NCBI GenBank assembly: GCA_038231275.1
Contig: JBBRLQ010000015.1
Location: forward strand, 64,001-128,000
Length of the DNA: 64,000 nucleotides
Source of the DNA: Polyangiales bacterium
GTDB lineage: Bacteria; Myxococcota_A; Polyangia; Polyangiales; Polyangiaceae
Direction of reading: 5' to 3'
A program made the position numbers and the translations under genes. Within the stretch, counting starts at the first letter, position 1. The number at the start of each line of letters is the position of its first letter. This document shows positions 51,127-59,773 of this stretch, piece by piece. The notes under the pieces were generated by a model. That model searched no databases, had not been told where the DNA came from, and was given only the letters and a program-made list of their open reading frames with translations.

Positions 51127-52320
51127 ATGGCCATGCCGAGCAACGCGCCCGCCAAGCTTTACGACGACGACTTCGTGGACGACTACGATCGTCCCTCCGG
51201 TGTGATGCCCGTCCCGAACTTCGAGGGGCGGAGCACGCCGAGCGCGGCGCGCCCCGGCTCGATGGCGCCTCCGTCGACGGTGCAAGCCGCGGTCGCCGCG
51301 ATTCGCATGTCGAGCCGGCCGCCGGCGATGCCCGTCGTCATGCCGCGCCCGACCAGCATGGTCGACGTCATGGGCGAGTCGGAGCAGATCCTGGACGTGT
51401 ACCGCATGGTGGACCGCGTCGCGCCGAGCATGTGCACGGTGTTGATTACGGGCGAAAGCGGCACGGGCAAAGAGCTGGTCGCTCGCGCCGTGCACCGCGC
51501 GAGCCCCCGCGCGGAGAAACCGTTCGTCGCCGTCAACTGCGGCGCCATCCCCGAGAACCTCCTGGAGAGCGAGCTCTTCGGCCACGCGCGCGGAGCCTTC
51601 ACCGGCGCGCACGCCACCAAGGCCGGCCGCGTCACGATCGCGCAGGGCGGCACGCTCTTCCTCGACGAGATCGGCGAGCTCCCCCTCTCTCTTCAGGTGA
51701 AGCTCCTGCGCGTCCTCCAGTCGCACGAGTACTCGCCGGTCGGCGACACCCGCACCCTGAACGCCGACGTGCGCGTCGTCGCTGCCACGAACATCGACCT
51801 CGAGGCCGCGGTCGAGGCTGGCAAATTCCGCGAGGACCTCTACTACCGCCTCAACGTCATCCACGTCGCCCTCCCGGCGCTGCGCGATCGTCCCGACGAC
51901 ATCCCGGGCCTGGTGAACCACTTCGTCGTCCAGGCCGGCAAGCGCGTCGGCAAGCCGACCCTCGCCATCTCTCCCGCCGCGATGCGCCTCTTCTCGAGCT
52001 GGTCGTGGCCCGGCAACGTGCGCGAGCTCGAGAACATCGTCGAGCGCGCGGTCATCCTCTGTACGGGCAGCACCATCGAGTGCTCGGATCTGCCGCCGCG
52101 CGTCCGCGGCCTCGGCGCCGAGAAGCGCTCCAACAACGATCTCCCCGACGCCGGCCTCGATCTCCGCCGCGCCGTCGAGACGTTCGAGAACGATCTGATC
52201 CGACAGGCGCTCGAGCGCACCAGCTGGAACAAGAACCAGGCGGCGCGCCTCCTCGGCCTGAACCGAACCACGCTGGTCGAGATGATCAAGAGGAAGCGCC
52301 TCGCCAGCGCGACCGGCTGA
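51127..52320 (+). CDS. FleQ/FlrA-like sigma54 activator, probable flagellar master regulator, no REC domain
   Basis: [32 protein letters not shown]...RTTLVEM HTH; divergent from flgB; AAGGAG RBS. Confidence 0.85.
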   Translation: MAMPSNAPAKLYDDDFVDDYDRPSGVMPVPNFEGRSTPSAARPGSMAPPSTVQAAVAAIRMSSRPPAMPVVMPRPTSMVDVMGESEQILDVYRMVDRVAPSMCTVLITGESGTGKELVARAVHRASPRAEKPFVAVNCGAIPENLLESELFGHARGAFTGAHATKAGRVTIAQGGTLFLDEIGELPLSLQVKLLRVLQSHEYSPVGDTRTLNADVRVVAATNIDLEAAVEAGKFREDLYYRLNVIHVALPALRDRPDDIPGLVNHFVVQAGKRVGKPTLAISPAAMRLFSSWSWPGNVRELENIVERAVILCTGSTIECSDLPPRVRGLGAEKRSNNDLPDAGLDLRRAVETFENDLIRQALERTSWNKNQAARLLGLNRTTLVEMIKRKRLASATG

Positions 52321-52329
52321 AAACGCCGC

Positions 52330-52345
52330 TGGCCCGCCGCTTGCT
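52330..52345 (+). promoter_or_regulatory. Sigma54 promoter for flbD-motA
   Basis: TGGCCCGCCGCTTGCT. Confidence 0.75.
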
Positions 52346-52371
52346 CTAGCTGAGCGTTGGAGGAGACAACC

Positions 52372-52686
52372 ATGGTCGTGCTCTCGCGCTTGAACGGCCA
52401 GCTGGTCGCCATCAACCCCGATCTGGTCCTTTGGATCGAGGTCCTCCCCGACACGACCATCTCGATGGTCGGCGGCGACAAGATCCTCGTGCGCGAATCC
52501 CTCGACGAGGTGATCGGTCGCGTGATCGCGTACCGCGGCGCGCTCGGCAAAGTCGAGGCGATCCGGCCCGGCGCGCTCACCGGCGCGCTCGCCTTGGTGA
52601 AGAACTCGCGCGGCTCGACCCGGCCACCGCCCCCTCCGCGTTCGCTCTTCCCTGCGCTCCAGAGCGAGCCGCCGCCGCGCAAGTGA
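52372..52686 (+). CDS. flbD: Flagellar FlbD/SwrD-family protein
   Basis: LSRLNG..VAINPDLVLWIEVLPDTTI...GDKILVRES; precedes motA; GGAGGAG RBS. Confidence 0.88.
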   Translation: MVVLSRLNGQLVAINPDLVLWIEVLPDTTISMVGGDKILVRESLDEVIGRVIAYRGALGKVEAIRPGALTGALALVKNSRGSTRPPPPPRSLFPALQSEPPPRK

Positions 52687-52699
52687 GGATGTAAACGCC

Positions 52700-53479
52700 A
52701 TGGATCTCGCATCGGTCATCGGGCTCATCGTCGCACTCGGGTTCATCCTCGCGGGCAACGCCATCGAGGGCGGAAGGGTCGCGCAGATCGCGCAGCCCAC
52801 CGCCGCGATGATCGTCATCGGCGGGACGATCGGCGCCACGATGGTGCAGTTCCCCATGTCCACCTTCATCAACGGGATGAAGGCCATCAAGGGCGTGTTC
52901 CTCACCAAGCCGAGCCGCGACGCCAAGCTCGTCGAAGAGATCGTCGGCTACGCGGCCACCGCGCGGCGCGACGGAATCCTCGCCCTCGAGCCGCTCGCGC
53001 CGAAGGCCAGCGATCCCTTCCTGGTCCGCGCGCTCATGATGGCGATCGACGGCGCCGACAGCACGGCGATCCGCGACGCGCTCGAGCAGTCGATCCACAA
53101 AGAAGAGGAAGAGGGCGAGGACTGCGCGAAGGTCTTCGAGACCGCCGGCGGCTATTCCCCGACGATCGGGATCATCGGCGCCGTGCTCGGCCTCATCCAA
53201 GTCATGCAGAACCTCTCGGACATCGCGAAGGTCGGCGAGGGCATCGCTACCGCGTTCGTCGCCACGATCTACGGCGTCGCGTTCGCCAACCTCGTGTGCC
53301 TGCCCATCGGCGGCAAGCTGAAGCTACGCACCCGCGAGGCCGTCGCGCTTCGCGTCCTGATGCTCGAAGGCGCGCTCGCCATCCAGCAGGGCATGAACCC
53401 GAAGCTCGTGAAGGAGCGCCTCTCCAGCTTCGCGCACGACCACGGCGATCACAAAGAGGCCGTGAAGGAAGCCGCGTAA
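52700..53479 (+). CDS. motA: Stator protein MotA
   Basis: IVIGGT, ARRDGILALE, GGYSPTIGIIGAVLGLI, AFVATIYG. Confidence 0.95.
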   Translation: MDLASVIGLIVALGFILAGNAIEGGRVAQIAQPTAAMIVIGGTIGATMVQFPMSTFINGMKAIKGVFLTKPSRDAKLVEEIVGYAATARRDGILALEPLAPKASDPFLVRALMMAIDGADSTAIRDALEQSIHKEEEEGEDCAKVFETAGGYSPTIGIIGAVLGLIQVMQNLSDIAKVGEGIATAFVATIYGVAFANLVCLPIGGKLKLRTREAVALRVLMLEGALAIQQGMNPKLVKERLSSFAHDHGDHKEAVKEAA

Positions 53480-53493
53480 GACGCCGCCGACTC

Positions 53494-53509
53494 CGGCGCG
53501 CTCCTTGCT
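53494..53509 (+). promoter_or_regulatory. Sigma54-like promoter between motA and motB
   Basis: CGGCGCGCTCCTTGCT, followed by the same CTAG as the flbD promoter. Confidence 0.6.
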
Positions 53510-53521
53510 CTAGCTCTCTTC

Positions 53522-54376
53522 GTGGCAAGGAAGAAGAAGCACCCGGAGCACGTGAACCACGAGCGGTGGTTGGTCAGTTACGCCGACTTCATCACGCTGC
53601 TCTTCGCGTTCTTCGTGGTCATGTTCGCGGTCTCGCAGGTCGACTCCAAGAAGCTCGGCCGCTTTTCGGAGTCGTTCGAGCGCGCGCTCGAATCGAACGC
53701 CTTCAACTCGAAAGGCAAGGGCCTCTTGCCCGCCGAAGGGTCGAAGAAGAAGCCGCTCCAGGTCAGGGACCCGAAGGCGCCGTCGCCCTTCAAGACCGGC
53801 GTCTTGCCGGGCGAAAAGGCTCAAATTCGCGCCAACCTCGACAAGCGCGCGAAGCTCGCGCGCGTCCTCAACGGCCTCACGATCCTCGACATCCACGGCG
53901 AGCTCGTCCTCCGTCTGCCCGAGCGCCTCATGTTCGCGGTGGGGGACGCGCAGATCTCCGACGACGGGCGCGAGGCGTTGGGCCTGATCGCCGACGAGGT
54001 CGCCACGCGTCACGTGCGCCTGCGCATCGAGGGACACACCGACAACGCGCCGATCCGCACGGTGCGGTTCCCGTCGAACTGGGAGCTCTCCACGACGCGC
54101 GCCACGAGCGTCGTCGCGTTCCTCATCGACACGAAGAAGATCGACCCGGCGCGCCTCGCGGCGGCGGGCTACGGCGAGTATCACCCGGTCTCCGAGAACG
54201 ACTCCGTCGAGGGGCGCGCGATGAACCGGCGCGTCGACATCGTCGTCGTGGCCGAGGACGACCCGCCCGCCGACGCGCCCGCGACGCCCGAGCCGGAGCC
54301 CGAGCCGGTGCCCGCACCGTCCAGGAACGTGAGCCCGGCGGCCGACGTCCCTAAGCACAAGGAGCCAGCAGAATGA
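53522..54376 (+). CDS. motB: Stator protein MotB (proton-type signature)
   Basis: HERWLVSYADFITLLFAFFVVM (Val at D+11), OmpA-like domain EGHTDN, NWELS, NRRVDI. Confidence 0.95.
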   Translation: MARKKKHPEHVNHERWLVSYADFITLLFAFFVVMFAVSQVDSKKLGRFSESFERALESNAFNSKGKGLLPAEGSKKKPLQVRDPKAPSPFKTGVLPGEKAQIRANLDKRAKLARVLNGLTILDIHGELVLRLPERLMFAVGDAQISDDGREALGLIADEVATRHVRLRIEGHTDNAPIRTVRFPSNWELSTTRATSVVAFLIDTKKIDPARLAAAGYGEYHPVSENDSVEGRAMNRRVDIVVVAEDDPPADAPATPEPEPEPVPAPSRNVSPAADVPKHKEPAE

Positions 54377-54885
54377 CGGCGAGGAGCGTCATAGGCGCGG
54401 CGGCGGCCCTCCTGCTGCTCGCGCTGTCCACCGAGGCGGCGGCGCAGGAGCTGGTGCTCGGCGCCAACGTTGGCGGCGGCACCGGCCTCGAGGGCGGCGA
54501 CCCCGGCAGCGGACAGATGCGCTTTCGTCGGGCGAGGTCGCGCATCGTCGGACAGCTCGAGATGCGCGTCGACGACGACAAGAAGAACGGGATCGGCGTC
54601 GCCGTCTTCGCGGAGGTCGAGCCGGCGGCCGGCATCGGCGGGAGCGTTCGCTACCTGCGCTTCCTCGGCCCGCACGTCTACCTCTTCGGCGGACTCACCG
54701 GCGTCGGCGCTCCGCACACGCTCTTCGGCGGCGAGCTCGGCGCGCAGGTCCAGATTCCGATGGGCGAGACGATGGGGCTCTTCGTCGAGCCGTCCTTCGC
54801 CGCGCTCCCGCTCGGCACCGATCTTCCTCAGGATCACGTGCTCGTCTGGGGACTTCTCACGATGGGGATTCATGCAAACCTCTAG
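54373..54885 (+). CDS. Hypothetical small outer-membrane beta-barrel protein
   Basis: Signal peptide (AAA-Q), about 8 alternating beta-strands, terminal MGIHANL; ATGA overlap with motB. Confidence 0.6.
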   Translation: MTARSVIGAAAALLLLALSTEAAAQELVLGANVGGGTGLEGGDPGSGQMRFRRARSRIVGQLEMRVDDDKKNGIGVAVFAEVEPAAGIGGSVRYLRFLGPHVYLFGGLTGVGAPHTLFGGELGAQVQIPMGETMGLFVEPSFAALPLGTDLPQDHVLVWGLLTMGIHANL

Positions 54886-55240
54886 GTTTTTCAGGCTCTC
54901 CGTCTCTCTCTTGGCCGCCGTGCTCTGCGCCGTGACCGCCAGCGGCTGCATCGACGGCTCTACGTGCCTCCGCAACTCGGACTGCCCCGCCGCCGACGTC
55001 TGCTCGATCGGCGCGTGCATCGTCGCTCCGTCCGACGGCGAGGGGGGTCTCGACGAAGGCGGCGTCGGTGAAGCCGGCGCAATCGCCGAGACCGGCACAC
55101 AGTCCGACAGCAGCTCCGGTGTCGACGCCACGCTCTCCGACGCCGGCCACGGCGACTCGGACGCCGCGGCCACCGACGCGGCCGACGACGGCGCGAACGA
55201 CGCAGCCGACGACGGCGCCGCAGACGCCGCGAGCGAGTGA
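54872..55240 (+). CDS. Hypothetical Cys-rich lipoprotein with acidic tail
   Basis: Lipobox ASGC; CLRNSDCPAADVCSIGAC; D/A/G-rich tail. Confidence 0.6.
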   Translation: MQTSRFFRLSVSLLAAVLCAVTASGCIDGSTCLRNSDCPAADVCSIGACIVAPSDGEGGLDEGGVGEAGAIAETGTQSDSSSGVDATLSDAGHGDSDAAATDAADDGANDAADDGAADAASE

Positions 55241-55243
55241 TCG

Positions 55244-55259
55244 CGGCACGCGGCGTGCA
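55244..55259 (+). promoter_or_regulatory. Sigma54 promoter for the flgG operon
   Basis: CGGCACGCGGCGTGCA followed by an AGGAG RBS. Confidence 0.7.
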
Positions 55260-55287
55260 ACTCGTGAAGCGAAGCTAGGAGAGTCCG

Positions 55288-56073
55288 ATGTTCCGCTCCC
55301 TCGATATCGCCGCTACGGGCATGGCCGCACAGGAATCGCAGCTCGACGCGATCTCCAACAACCTGGCGAACGCCAACACCGTCGGCTACAAAAAAATCCG
55401 CGCCGACTTTCAGGACCACATTTACCAGACGGTCCAGGCGTCCGGCGCGCAGACCAGCGGCACCACGCAGTCACCCACCGGCCTCCAAGTCGGCAGCGGC
55501 GTGCGCATGGTCGCGACGACGCGCCAGTTCAGCCAGGGGGCACTGACCACCACTGGCAACCCCCTCGACATCGCGATCGAAGGGAACGGATTTTTCGTCG
55601 TGCAGCAGCCCGACGGCACGCCCGCCTACACGCGCGCCGGAACGTTGAAGACGGACTCGCAAGGCCGTCTCGTGACCGCCGAAGGAATGCCCATCGAGCC
55701 CTCGATCGTGATCCCGCCCGACGCGGTCGGCGTGACGATCGGCTCGGAGGGTCAGGTCTCGGTCTCGATCAAGGGGCGCACGGCGCCCACGCTGGTCGGA
55801 CAAATCACGGTCGCCAACTTCGTGAACCCTGCGGGCCTCTCCGCCCTCGGGCACAGCTTGCTCCAGGCCTCCGCCGCGAGCGGCGATCCCCAGGTCGGCA
55901 ACCCCGGCACCGACGGCCGCGGCACGCTGCTGCAGAACACGGTGGAGCAGTCGAACGTCGAGGTCGTCCAGGAGATGATCGGCCTCATCAGCGCGCAGCG
56001 CACCTACGACGTCAACTCCAAGGTCGTGCAGGCCGCGGACGAGATGCTCCGCAGCGCCACGCAGATGCGGTGA
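55288..56073 (+). CDS. flgG: Distal rod protein FlgG
   Basis: ATGMAAQ..LDAISNNLANANTVGYK, PTGLQVGSGV, EQSNVEVV. Confidence 0.95.
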   Translation: MFRSLDIAATGMAAQESQLDAISNNLANANTVGYKKIRADFQDHIYQTVQASGAQTSGTTQSPTGLQVGSGVRMVATTRQFSQGALTTTGNPLDIAIEGNGFFVVQQPDGTPAYTRAGTLKTDSQGRLVTAEGMPIEPSIVIPPDAVGVTIGSEGQVSVSIKGRTAPTLVGQITVANFVNPAGLSALGHSLLQASAASGDPQVGNPGTDGRGTLLQNTVEQSNVEVVQEMIGLISAQRTYDVNSKVVQAADEMLRSATQMR

Positions 56074-56078
56074 CCCAA

Positions 56079-56825
56079 ATGAAGAAGATCCGCCTTTTTT
56101 CGCATGCGACCGCGCTCGCCGTGGTGCTCGCGGCGTCGTTCGTCGCGGCCGACGAGAGTCGAACCGTGTCACGCGCGCGCTTGAAGGTGAGCGATCTGGT
56201 CCGCGCGTCCGACGAGATCGGGAGCGTGGACCTCGGGCCGGCGCCGCCCCCAGGCGCGAGCCGACTCGTCGCGCGCGCGGAGATCGAGGATCACATCCGC
56301 GCCTCCGGGATGGACCCCAAGGGAATGAAGCTCCCCGCCAGCATTCGCGTCGTGTCGGCGTCGATGCGCTTCACCCCCGAAGCGCTCGCGAAGGCCGCGA
56401 CGCCCGCGATCGTGAAGGCACTGCCCCCCGGCGTGACGCTCTCGCGCGTCGAGCCCTCGCGCGATCTGGTGACCCACCCGGGCACCACCGTACGCCTCGC
56501 GACCGTCCCCAAGCTCCCGCGCCAGAAGGGCCCGAGCCAATCGTCGGCGATGCTCGAGCTCGTGACCGAGGACGGCGTCGTCACCAAGCTCCCCGTCGCC
56601 ATCTCCGTGGACATCAGCGACGCCGCGGCCCACGCCGACGTGCCGCGCGGCGGCCGGCTCGAGGTCTATTACGAGCGCGGCGCGATCAAGATCGCCACCA
56701 CCGGCGTCGCGCTCTCGGATGTCGACGTCGGCGAGACCACGCAGATGAGCCTCGTCGCGACCGGCCGGGTCGTACGCGCGAAGATCCTCTCGCGAGATCG
56801 CGCGGAGATCCTGGAAACGAATTAA
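56079..56825 (+). CDS. flgA: P-ring chaperone FlgA
   Basis: Position flgG-X-flgH; signal peptide; C-terminal VPRGG..V...GAIKIATTGVAL...GE...TGRVVRA. Confidence 0.75.
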   Translation: MKKIRLFSHATALAVVLAASFVAADESRTVSRARLKVSDLVRASDEIGSVDLGPAPPPGASRLVARAEIEDHIRASGMDPKGMKLPASIRVVSASMRFTPEALAKAATPAIVKALPPGVTLSRVEPSRDLVTHPGTTVRLATVPKLPRQKGPSQSSAMLELVTEDGVVTKLPVAISVDISDAAAHADVPRGGRLEVYYERGAIKIATTGVALSDVDVGETTQMSLVATGRVVRAKILSRDRAEILETN

Positions 56826-57530
56826 ATGAAGCGCCCGTTCGCCATCTCCCTCGCCTTGCTCCTGCCGCTCGCGTCCGTCGCCTGCGGGCCGGCGCACATC
56901 AAGCCGTTCACAGCGAAGAACCGCACGTACACGCCTGGGAAATACGCCATCGCGCAGGCCGACGCGAAGCCGCAGACCGGCTCGCTGTTCAGCGAGGCCG
57001 GCACCGGGATGCTGCAGGACACGCGCGCCATCCGGGCCGGCGACATCGTCATGATCAACATCGACGAGACCACCAACGCGCAAGGCGCCGCCAACACGAC
57101 CACGAGCAAGACCGACAAGCGCGAGCAGGACATCACCGCGATGCTCGGCCTCGTGCCCGCGATCAAGAAGGCGCACCCCGACATCGATCCGGCGCAGCTC
57201 ATCTCGCTCGCCGCGCAGGCCGACTTCGCGGGCGACGGCAAGACGAGCCGCAAGGGGCAGCTCCAGGGATTGCTCGCCGTCCGCGTGCGCGAGCAGATGC
57301 CGAACGGCGACCTCTACATCGAGGGCACCAAGGTCGTCATGCTCAACACCGAGGAGTACCACCTGTACATCTCCGGCATCATCCGCTCCGCCGACATCGC
57401 GCGCGACAACACGGTCGCCTCGAGCCGCATCGCGGACGCGCAGGTGGAGTTCACCGGCCGCGGCGATCTCGCCGACACCACCGAGAAGGGCTGGCTCGGC
57501 AAAATCCTCGACAAGGTGAGCCCTTTTTGA
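56826..57530 (+). CDS. flgH: L-ring protein FlgH
   Basis: Lipobox SVAC, GSLF, GDIV, PNGDLYIEGTK, SSRIADA, terminal PF. Confidence 0.93.
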   Translation: MKRPFAISLALLLPLASVACGPAHIKPFTAKNRTYTPGKYAIAQADAKPQTGSLFSEAGTGMLQDTRAIRAGDIVMINIDETTNAQGAANTTTSKTDKREQDITAMLGLVPAIKKAHPDIDPAQLISLAAQADFAGDGKTSRKGQLQGLLAVRVREQMPNGDLYIEGTKVVMLNTEEYHLYISGIIRSADIARDNTVASSRIADAQVEFTGRGDLADTTEKGWLGKILDKVSPF

Positions 57531-58663
57531 TGAAACGCATGCATTTTACACGCATTCCGCGCCTCGCCGCTCTCCTGCTGACGCTCCTCGCGATCCTCGG
57601 GGTCGTGAGGCCGGCGAAGGCCGACCGCATCGGCGATCTGTGCGAGGTCGTCGGAGCGCGCGAGAACCAGCTGCTCGGGTACGGCATCGTCACCGGCCTC
57701 AACGGCACCGGCGACGACGCCTCGGCGCCCTTCGCGACGCAGTCGCTGCTCGCGCTCATGCGCCGCCTCGGCGTGCAGATCGATCCGGTGCAGCTGCGCC
57801 TGAAGAACGTCGCCGCTGTCCTCGTCACCGCGACGGTCCCGCCGTTCTCGCGGCAAGGCACGCACCTCGACGTGACGGTCTCGTCGGTCGGCAACGCGCG
57901 GTCGCTGCAAGGCGGCGTGCTGGTGCAGACGCTGATGATGGGCGCCGATCTCCACGTGTACGCCGTCGCGCAGGGTCCGCTCGTCCTCGGCGGCTTCGAA
58001 GCGAAGGGCGGCGGGAGCAGCATCAAGTCGAACTCCACCAGCACCGCGCGTGTGCCGAACGGTGCGCTCATCGAAAAGGAGATCACGACGACGTTCGCGA
58101 AGGACGACGTCATCCTCCTGGCGCTGCGGAGAGCCAATTTCGCGACGGCCGCGCGCATCGTCGAGGCGGTCGACAAGGAGCTCGGCCCCGGCAGCGCGAG
58201 CGCGACCGACTCGGGGGCGGTGAAGGTGAAGCTGCCCGCCAGCCTGAAAGGTCAGCCGGTGCAGGCGCTCGCGAAGCTCGAGCAGATCGACGTCATCCCG
58301 GTCAACGCCGCGCGCGTCGTCATCAACGAGCGCACCGGCACGATCGTGGCGGGGGGCGATGTGCGCCTCATGCCGGTCGCCATCGCGCAGGGCGGAATCA
58401 CCATCGTGATCAAGGAGACGCCCCAGGTCTCGCAGCCCGCTCCGTTCAGCAAGGGCACGACCGTCGTGACTCCACTGACCGATATTCAGCACTTCGAAGG
58501 CAACGACAAGGCGCCGACCCTCACGTACCTCGACGCCGCCGCGTCGCTCGCCGACGTCGCCCACGCGCTCTCCACGCTCGGCGTCACGCCGCGCGAGCTC
58601 GCGAGCATTCTCCAGGCGTTGAAGAGCGCAGGGGCCCTCAGCGCCGAGCTGGTGATGCAATGA
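57530..58663 (+). CDS. flgI: P-ring protein FlgI
   Basis: RENQLLGYGIVTGLNGTGD, KNVAAVLVTA, VVINERTGTIV. Confidence 0.95.
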   Translation: MKRMHFTRIPRLAALLLTLLAILGVVRPAKADRIGDLCEVVGARENQLLGYGIVTGLNGTGDDASAPFATQSLLALMRRLGVQIDPVQLRLKNVAAVLVTATVPPFSRQGTHLDVTVSSVGNARSLQGGVLVQTLMMGADLHVYAVAQGPLVLGGFEAKGGGSSIKSNSTSTARVPNGALIEKEITTTFAKDDVILLALRRANFATAARIVEAVDKELGPGSASATDSGAVKVKLPASLKGQPVQALAKLEQIDVIPVNAARVVINERTGTIVAGGDVRLMPVAIAQGGITIVIKETPQVSQPAPFSKGTTVVTPLTDIQHFEGNDKAPTLTYLDAAASLADVAHALSTLGVTPRELASILQALKSAGALSAELVMQ

Positions 58664-59004
58664 GCCGCGTCGGTCGCGCCGCCGTCCCCGCGCCTGTGGT
58701 CGCACCTGCCGATGCCCCGGCGCCTGCGCCGTCGCCCGAGGCGGACAAGAAGCTCCACCAAGCCAAGGACGCCGCGCAGAAGTTCGAGGCGATTTTCTTG
58801 CGCCAGATGCTCTCGGGCCTCGAGAAGACCAACAAGATCGGCCAGGGCGGCGGCTCGAAGTCCAGCGGAAGCGCGGGCGGAATCTACGGTTCGATGATGG
58901 TCAACTCGCTCGCCGACTCGATCTCGCAGTCGGGCGGCGTGGGGCTGGCGGACGTCATCTTGCGAGCCCTTCAGGGGACGCCGACGGGAGCGCCAAAGAA
59001 ATGA
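58660..59004 (+). CDS. flgJ: Rod-binding protein FlgJ (no muramidase domain)
   Basis: AAQKFEAIFLRQML...GGVGLADVI; 114 aa. Confidence 0.85.
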   Translation: MSRVGRAAVPAPVVAPADAPAPAPSPEADKKLHQAKDAAQKFEAIFLRQMLSGLEKTNKIGQGGGSKSSGSAGGIYGSMMVNSLADSISQSGGVGLADVILRALQGTPTGAPKK

Positions 59005-59016
59005 CGCCCGTCAGGC

Positions 59017-59043
59017 TAAAGTCGGTGGGTGGGATGCCGTTCG
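59017..59043 (+). promoter_or_regulatory. Sigma28 (FliA)-type promoter for flgM
   Basis: TAAA-N15-GCCGTTCG. Confidence 0.75.
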
Positions 59044-59070
59044 CTTCTCGCAAGAGGGGCCCGGCGATAG

Positions 59071-59086
59071 GGGCCCGGCTTTTGCG
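59071..59086 (+). promoter_or_regulatory. Second, sigma54-like promoter for flgM
   Basis: GGGCCCGGCTTTTGCG (GG-N10-GC). Confidence 0.45.
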
Positions 59087-59110
59087 TAAGGGACATGGAG
59101 GAGACGAGCG

Positions 59111-59395
59111 ATGAAGATCGACAATAGGGTGCTGAACGCTTACCAGCGAACGGGCGTGACCGGCGTGACCGGGAAGGCCGCCCCGCAAGCGCCTGCCCCC
59201 GCCGCGAAGCACGACTCGCCCAGCGCAGGGGAGGCCACGAAGGTCACCATCAGCGCCGAGGCCCGCGCGCTCGCGAAGACGTCGCCGGATTTCGATCCCG
59301 CGAAGGTCGACGCGCTGAAGTCCAAGGTCGACAAGGGTGAGTACAAAGTGGACAGCCACAAGGTGGCCCAACGTTTGCTGGATAAGCTGGCGTAA
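59111..59395 (+). CDS. flgM: Anti-sigma28 factor FlgM
   Basis: VTISAEA...KVDALKSKVDKGEYKVDSHKVAQRLL. Confidence 0.9.
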   Translation: MKIDNRVLNAYQRTGVTGVTGKAAPQAPAPAAKHDSPSAGEATKVTISAEARALAKTSPDFDPAKVDALKSKVDKGEYKVDSHKVAQRLLDKLA

Positions 59396-59416
59396 CCCTC
59401 CACCGGAGGCACGCCG

Positions 59417-59773
59417 ATGCATGACATCCTCAAAGACCTGGAGCACCTTCTCGTAGAAGAGCGCTCTGCCATTCGCAAGCTCGACACCACCACGATCGAG
59501 CTCGCGGCCACCAAGAAGACCGAGCTCGAAACCAAGCTGAGCGCCGCGATCGCCGCCGGTGAAAAAGCGACGAAGGGGGATCACGAGATCCTCGAGCGCG
59601 TGCGCGCTGCGGCGCGGGCGAATCAGCTCCTCCTCGTGCACGCGAGGGCCTGCGTTCGCGGCGTCGTCGCGCTCGTGAGCGGGAAGATGCCGGACGCGTA
59701 CCCGTCCGTCGCAAACGCCGCGACTCCGGCTGCAGTTGCTGCGCCGGCCGTCCGCGTCAACATGACGGGTTGA
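59417..59773 (+). CDS. flgN: Chaperone FlgN
   Basis: Position flgM-X-flgK; helical LEHLLVEERSAI...ANQLLL. Confidence 0.7.
   Translation: MHDILKDLEHLLVEERSAIRKLDTTTIELAATKKTELETKLSAAIAAGEKATKGDHEILERVRAAARANQLLLVHARACVRGVVALVSGKMPDAYPSVANAATPAAVAAPAVRVNMTG

Noticed and set aside
58660..59004. Short FlgJ as a pseudogene
   Set aside because: Single-domain rod-binding FlgJ without muramidase is normal outside beta- and gamma-proteobacteria
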